Assembly: GCA_963716775.1 (NCBI GenBank)
Contig: CAVQUI010000004.1
Coordinates: forward strand, 416,360 to 480,359
Direction of reading: 5' to 3'
Length of the DNA stretch: 64,000 bases
DNA from: an uncultured delta proteobacterium
GTDB lineage: Bacteria > Myxococcota_A > Polyangia > Polyangiales > Houyiibacteriaceae
Numbering within the stretch: the first letter of the stretch is position 1; every line of letters starts with the position of its first letter. The translations under genes and the position numbers were made by a program. Shown here one piece after another: positions 61,983-64,000 of this stretch. A model generated the notes under the pieces. The model was not told where the DNA came from, ran no database searches, and saw only the letters and a program-made list of their open reading frames with translations.

Positions 61983-63443
61983 ATGACGTTGCCCGTGTTT
62001 CCCTCACTACGTATTACGGCCGACGCGCTCGTTCCCGAGGGCGCGTTCGCCGAGGCTCAGGCGACGTTCTTGAAGCCGGACCCGGAGCTGGTGATGGAGC
62101 TGACGACGCTTCTTCGTCAGAAGAACGTCGGCGTCGTGGCGCACTTCTACATGGACCCGGAGCTTCAGGGCGTGCTCTCGGCGTGCGACTGGCCTCACAT
62201 CCATGTTTCGGATTCGCTTGCGATGGCGGACCGGGCAATCGCGATGGCGGAGCAGGGGGTGAGCACGATCGCCGTGCTCGGCGTCGACTTCATGAGCGAG
62301 AACGTCCGGGCGATGCTCGACGCTTCGGGGTACGCCGACATCCCGGTGTACCGGGTGGCGATGGACCCGATCGGTTGCTCGCTTGCGGAGTCAGCCGAGG
62401 CCGAGGCTTACGGGGCGTACCTCACGACCGCAGCGGAGACGCCGAGCTCGCTGCACGTCGTGTACATCAACACGAGCCTGGTCACGAAGGCCAAGGCGCA
62501 CGCGCTGGTTCCGACGATCACCTGCACTTCTTCAAACGTCGTGCGGACGGTGCTCCAGGCGGCGGCGCAGGTGCCGGACATTCACATCTGGTTCGGGCCG
62601 GACACGTACATGGGCGATAACCTCGCGCACATGTTCGCGAGCCTCGCCGAGATGCCGGACGAGCAGATCCGGCAGCTTCACCCGGCGCACGATCAGGCCT
62701 CGGTTCGCTCGCTTTTACCCCGTTTTCACTTCTTCGAGCAGGGCACGTGCATCGTGCACCACATGTTCGGTCGCGAGGTCGTCGACCTGGTTCGCGAGCA
62801 CTACGCCGATGTGTTCGTCACGGCGCACCTCGAAGTGCCCGGCGAGATGTTCGAGCTCGGCTTGCAGGCACAGCGCGAGGGGAACGGTGTCGTCGGGTCT
62901 ACGTCGAACATCCTCGCGTTCATCTTGGGCAAGGTCGACGAGGCGATCGTACGCGGAGAGCCTGCGAACATGCGCTTCATTCTCGGGACGGAAGCTGGGA
63001 TGATCACGCCTATCGTTCGGCAGGTGCAGGCGATGCTTCGGGACTACGCCTCCGAAGGCGGCGCGGCGATCTCGGTCGAGATCGTTTTTCCGGTCGCGAG
63101 CGAGGCGATTGCGCAGGATACGGAGAGCGGGCTCGGGATCATGCCGGGCGTCGCCGGCGGCGAAGGCTGCTCGACGGCCGGTGGTTGTGCGACCTGCCCG
63201 TACATGAAGATGAACTCGCTCCAGGCCTTGTTGGGGCTGCTCGAGCGAATCGACGTCGGGCCCCGGTCGAGCCTGATCCCCTTCGAACCGCGCAAGTACG
63301 TACAAGAGATCCGGGGGCGGACGGCCTCTGATCTCGGCGGCGAGCCGATCCTGCACATGCGGGCGTTTCAGCGCTCGGGGGAGCTTCCGGAGGCGCTGGT
63401 GAGCGACGTGATCGGGCGCGCCGCGGAGCGGGCAGGGTCGTAG
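61983..63443 (+). CDS. nadA: quinolinate synthase NadA (long form)
   Basis: VVAHFYMDPELQGVL...HVSDSLAMA, CTSSNVV, HLEVPGEMF, and the C-terminal cluster region GGCATCPYMKMN. About 487 aa from ATG 61983, longer than the ~350-aa enterobacterial type. Confidence 0.85.
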   Translation: MTLPVFPSLRITADALVPEGAFAEAQATFLKPDPELVMELTTLLRQKNVGVVAHFYMDPELQGVLSACDWPHIHVSDSLAMADRAIAMAEQGVSTIAVLGVDFMSENVRAMLDASGYADIPVYRVAMDPIGCSLAESAEAEAYGAYLTTAAETPSSLHVVYINTSLVTKAKAHALVPTITCTSSNVVRTVLQAAAQVPDIHIWFGPDTYMGDNLAHMFASLAEMPDEQIRQLHPAHDQASVRSLLPRFHFFEQGTCIVHHMFGREVVDLVREHYADVFVTAHLEVPGEMFELGLQAQREGNGVVGSTSNILAFILGKVDEAIVRGEPANMRFILGTEAGMITPIVRQVQAMLRDYASEGGAAISVEIVFPVASEAIAQDTESGLGIMPGVAGGEGCSTAGGCATCPYMKMNSLQALLGLLERIDVGPRSSLIPFEPRKYVQEIRGRTASDLGGEPILHMRAFQRSGELPEALVSDVIGRAAERAGS

Positions 63444-63540
63444 GGAACCCGAGAGCCCCAGAAAAACGAGGGGAAAGCACCGGCCTTGACCGCTGTGCCA
63501 ACATCCTTATCTTGCGCCTGCCCCTCATTGTCCGGAGCCC

Positions 63541-64000
63541 ATGTCGAAGCCTGATTACTACGAAGTTCTCGAAGTCCACCGTGAAGTCACCACGGTCGAG
63601 CTCAAGAAGGCGTACCGGAAGAAAGCGCTCGAGTTTCACCCGGACCGCAATCCGGATAACCCCGAGGCCGAAGAGGAGTTCAAGATCTGCGCCGAGGCGT
63701 ATTCTGTCTTGAGCGACCCGCAGAAGCGGCAGGTGTACGACCGCTACGGTCATGCGGGCTTGGGCGGAGGCGCGCAGGGCTTTGGTGACATCGGCGACGT
63801 GTTCAGCCAGTTCCAAGACATCTTCGGCGATCTGTTCGGCGGCGGAGGCGGCTTTGGCTTTGGAGGCTTCGGCCGGCGGCAACGAGACCCGAACGGGCCG
63901 GCGCGCGGCGCGGACATCCGCACCGATGTGGTCCTCTCGCTTCGTGAAGCGGCGTTTGGCGCTACGCGAGAGATTGACCTTTCGCATCCTTCCCCTTGCG
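63541..64000 (+). CDS. dnaJ: molecular chaperone DnaJ (5' part; continues beyond the window)
   Basis: ATG 63541. J domain (DYYEVLEV...[27 protein letters not shown]...[18 protein letters not shown]), Gly/Phe-rich region, and the start of the substrate-binding domain. Absent from the ORF track because no stop codon falls in the window. Confidence 0.9.
   Translation, partial: MSKPDYYEVLEVHREVTTVELKKAYRKKALEFHPDRNPDNPEAEEEFKICAEAYSVLSDPQKRQVYDRYGHAGLGGGAQGFGDIGDVFSQFQDIFGDLFGGGGGFGFGGFGRRQRDPNGPARGADIRTDVVLSLREAAFGATREIDLSHPSPC

Noticed and set aside
63486-63513. TTGACC-N16-TATCTT promoter-like element upstream of dnaJ
   Set aside because: It is plausible, but the hexamer match is weak and single-sequence promoter calls are unreliable. 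dnaJ is often heat-shock regulated by a different sigma factor. I did not report it as a feature.

Overview
GC-rich, gene-dense chromosomal segment with about 58 protein-coding loci. By eye I found no rRNA, tRNA, CRISPR array, transposase or integrase. Gene content points to a Myxococcota-like deltaproteobacterium, though I cannot name the organism. The supporting genes are a PATAN/DUF4388 pseudo-receiver protein, an FHA-fused secretion-type ATPase, an AgmX/TonB-C-like protein, Cys-rich lipoproteins and a CarH-type regulator.

Most of the window is housekeeping: trpS, tatA/B-tatC, gyrB, a two-gene acyl-CoA carboxylase, pdhA-pdhB-E2, a GlcD-like oxidase, pssA, fused moaD-moaE, an M16 peptidase plus PpiD-like PPIase, fbp, otsA/otsB, cysQ, ccmAB, hemW, nadA and dnaJ. 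Signalling genes are interspersed: an MCP, a hybrid histidine kinase, three response regulators, GAF-GGDEF and EAL proteins.

Main observations:
1. A MerR/B12 CarH-type photoreceptor regulator carries every AdoB12 signature motif. It sits beside an AT-rich divergent promoter region that holds two sets of tandem 11-bp direct repeats matching the CarH operator consensus. The apparent target is a duplicated DUF4397 lipoprotein, not carotenoid genes.
2. A 200-bp nested palindromic element with a perfect 33-bp inverted repeat lies between two convergent genes.
3. Eleven loci have broken reading frames. One is a clearly decayed ABC-2 transporter with a 16-bp tandem duplication and internal deletions. 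The rest could be real pseudogenes or assembly indels.
4. A same-strand cluster encodes a Cys-rich lipoprotein, a large adhesin-like lipoprotein, a membrane protein and a GT39 glycosyltransferase.
5. An orphan FHA-CpaF-like ATPase has degenerate catalytic motifs.

All functional calls rest on motif and family recognition by eye; no searches were run.
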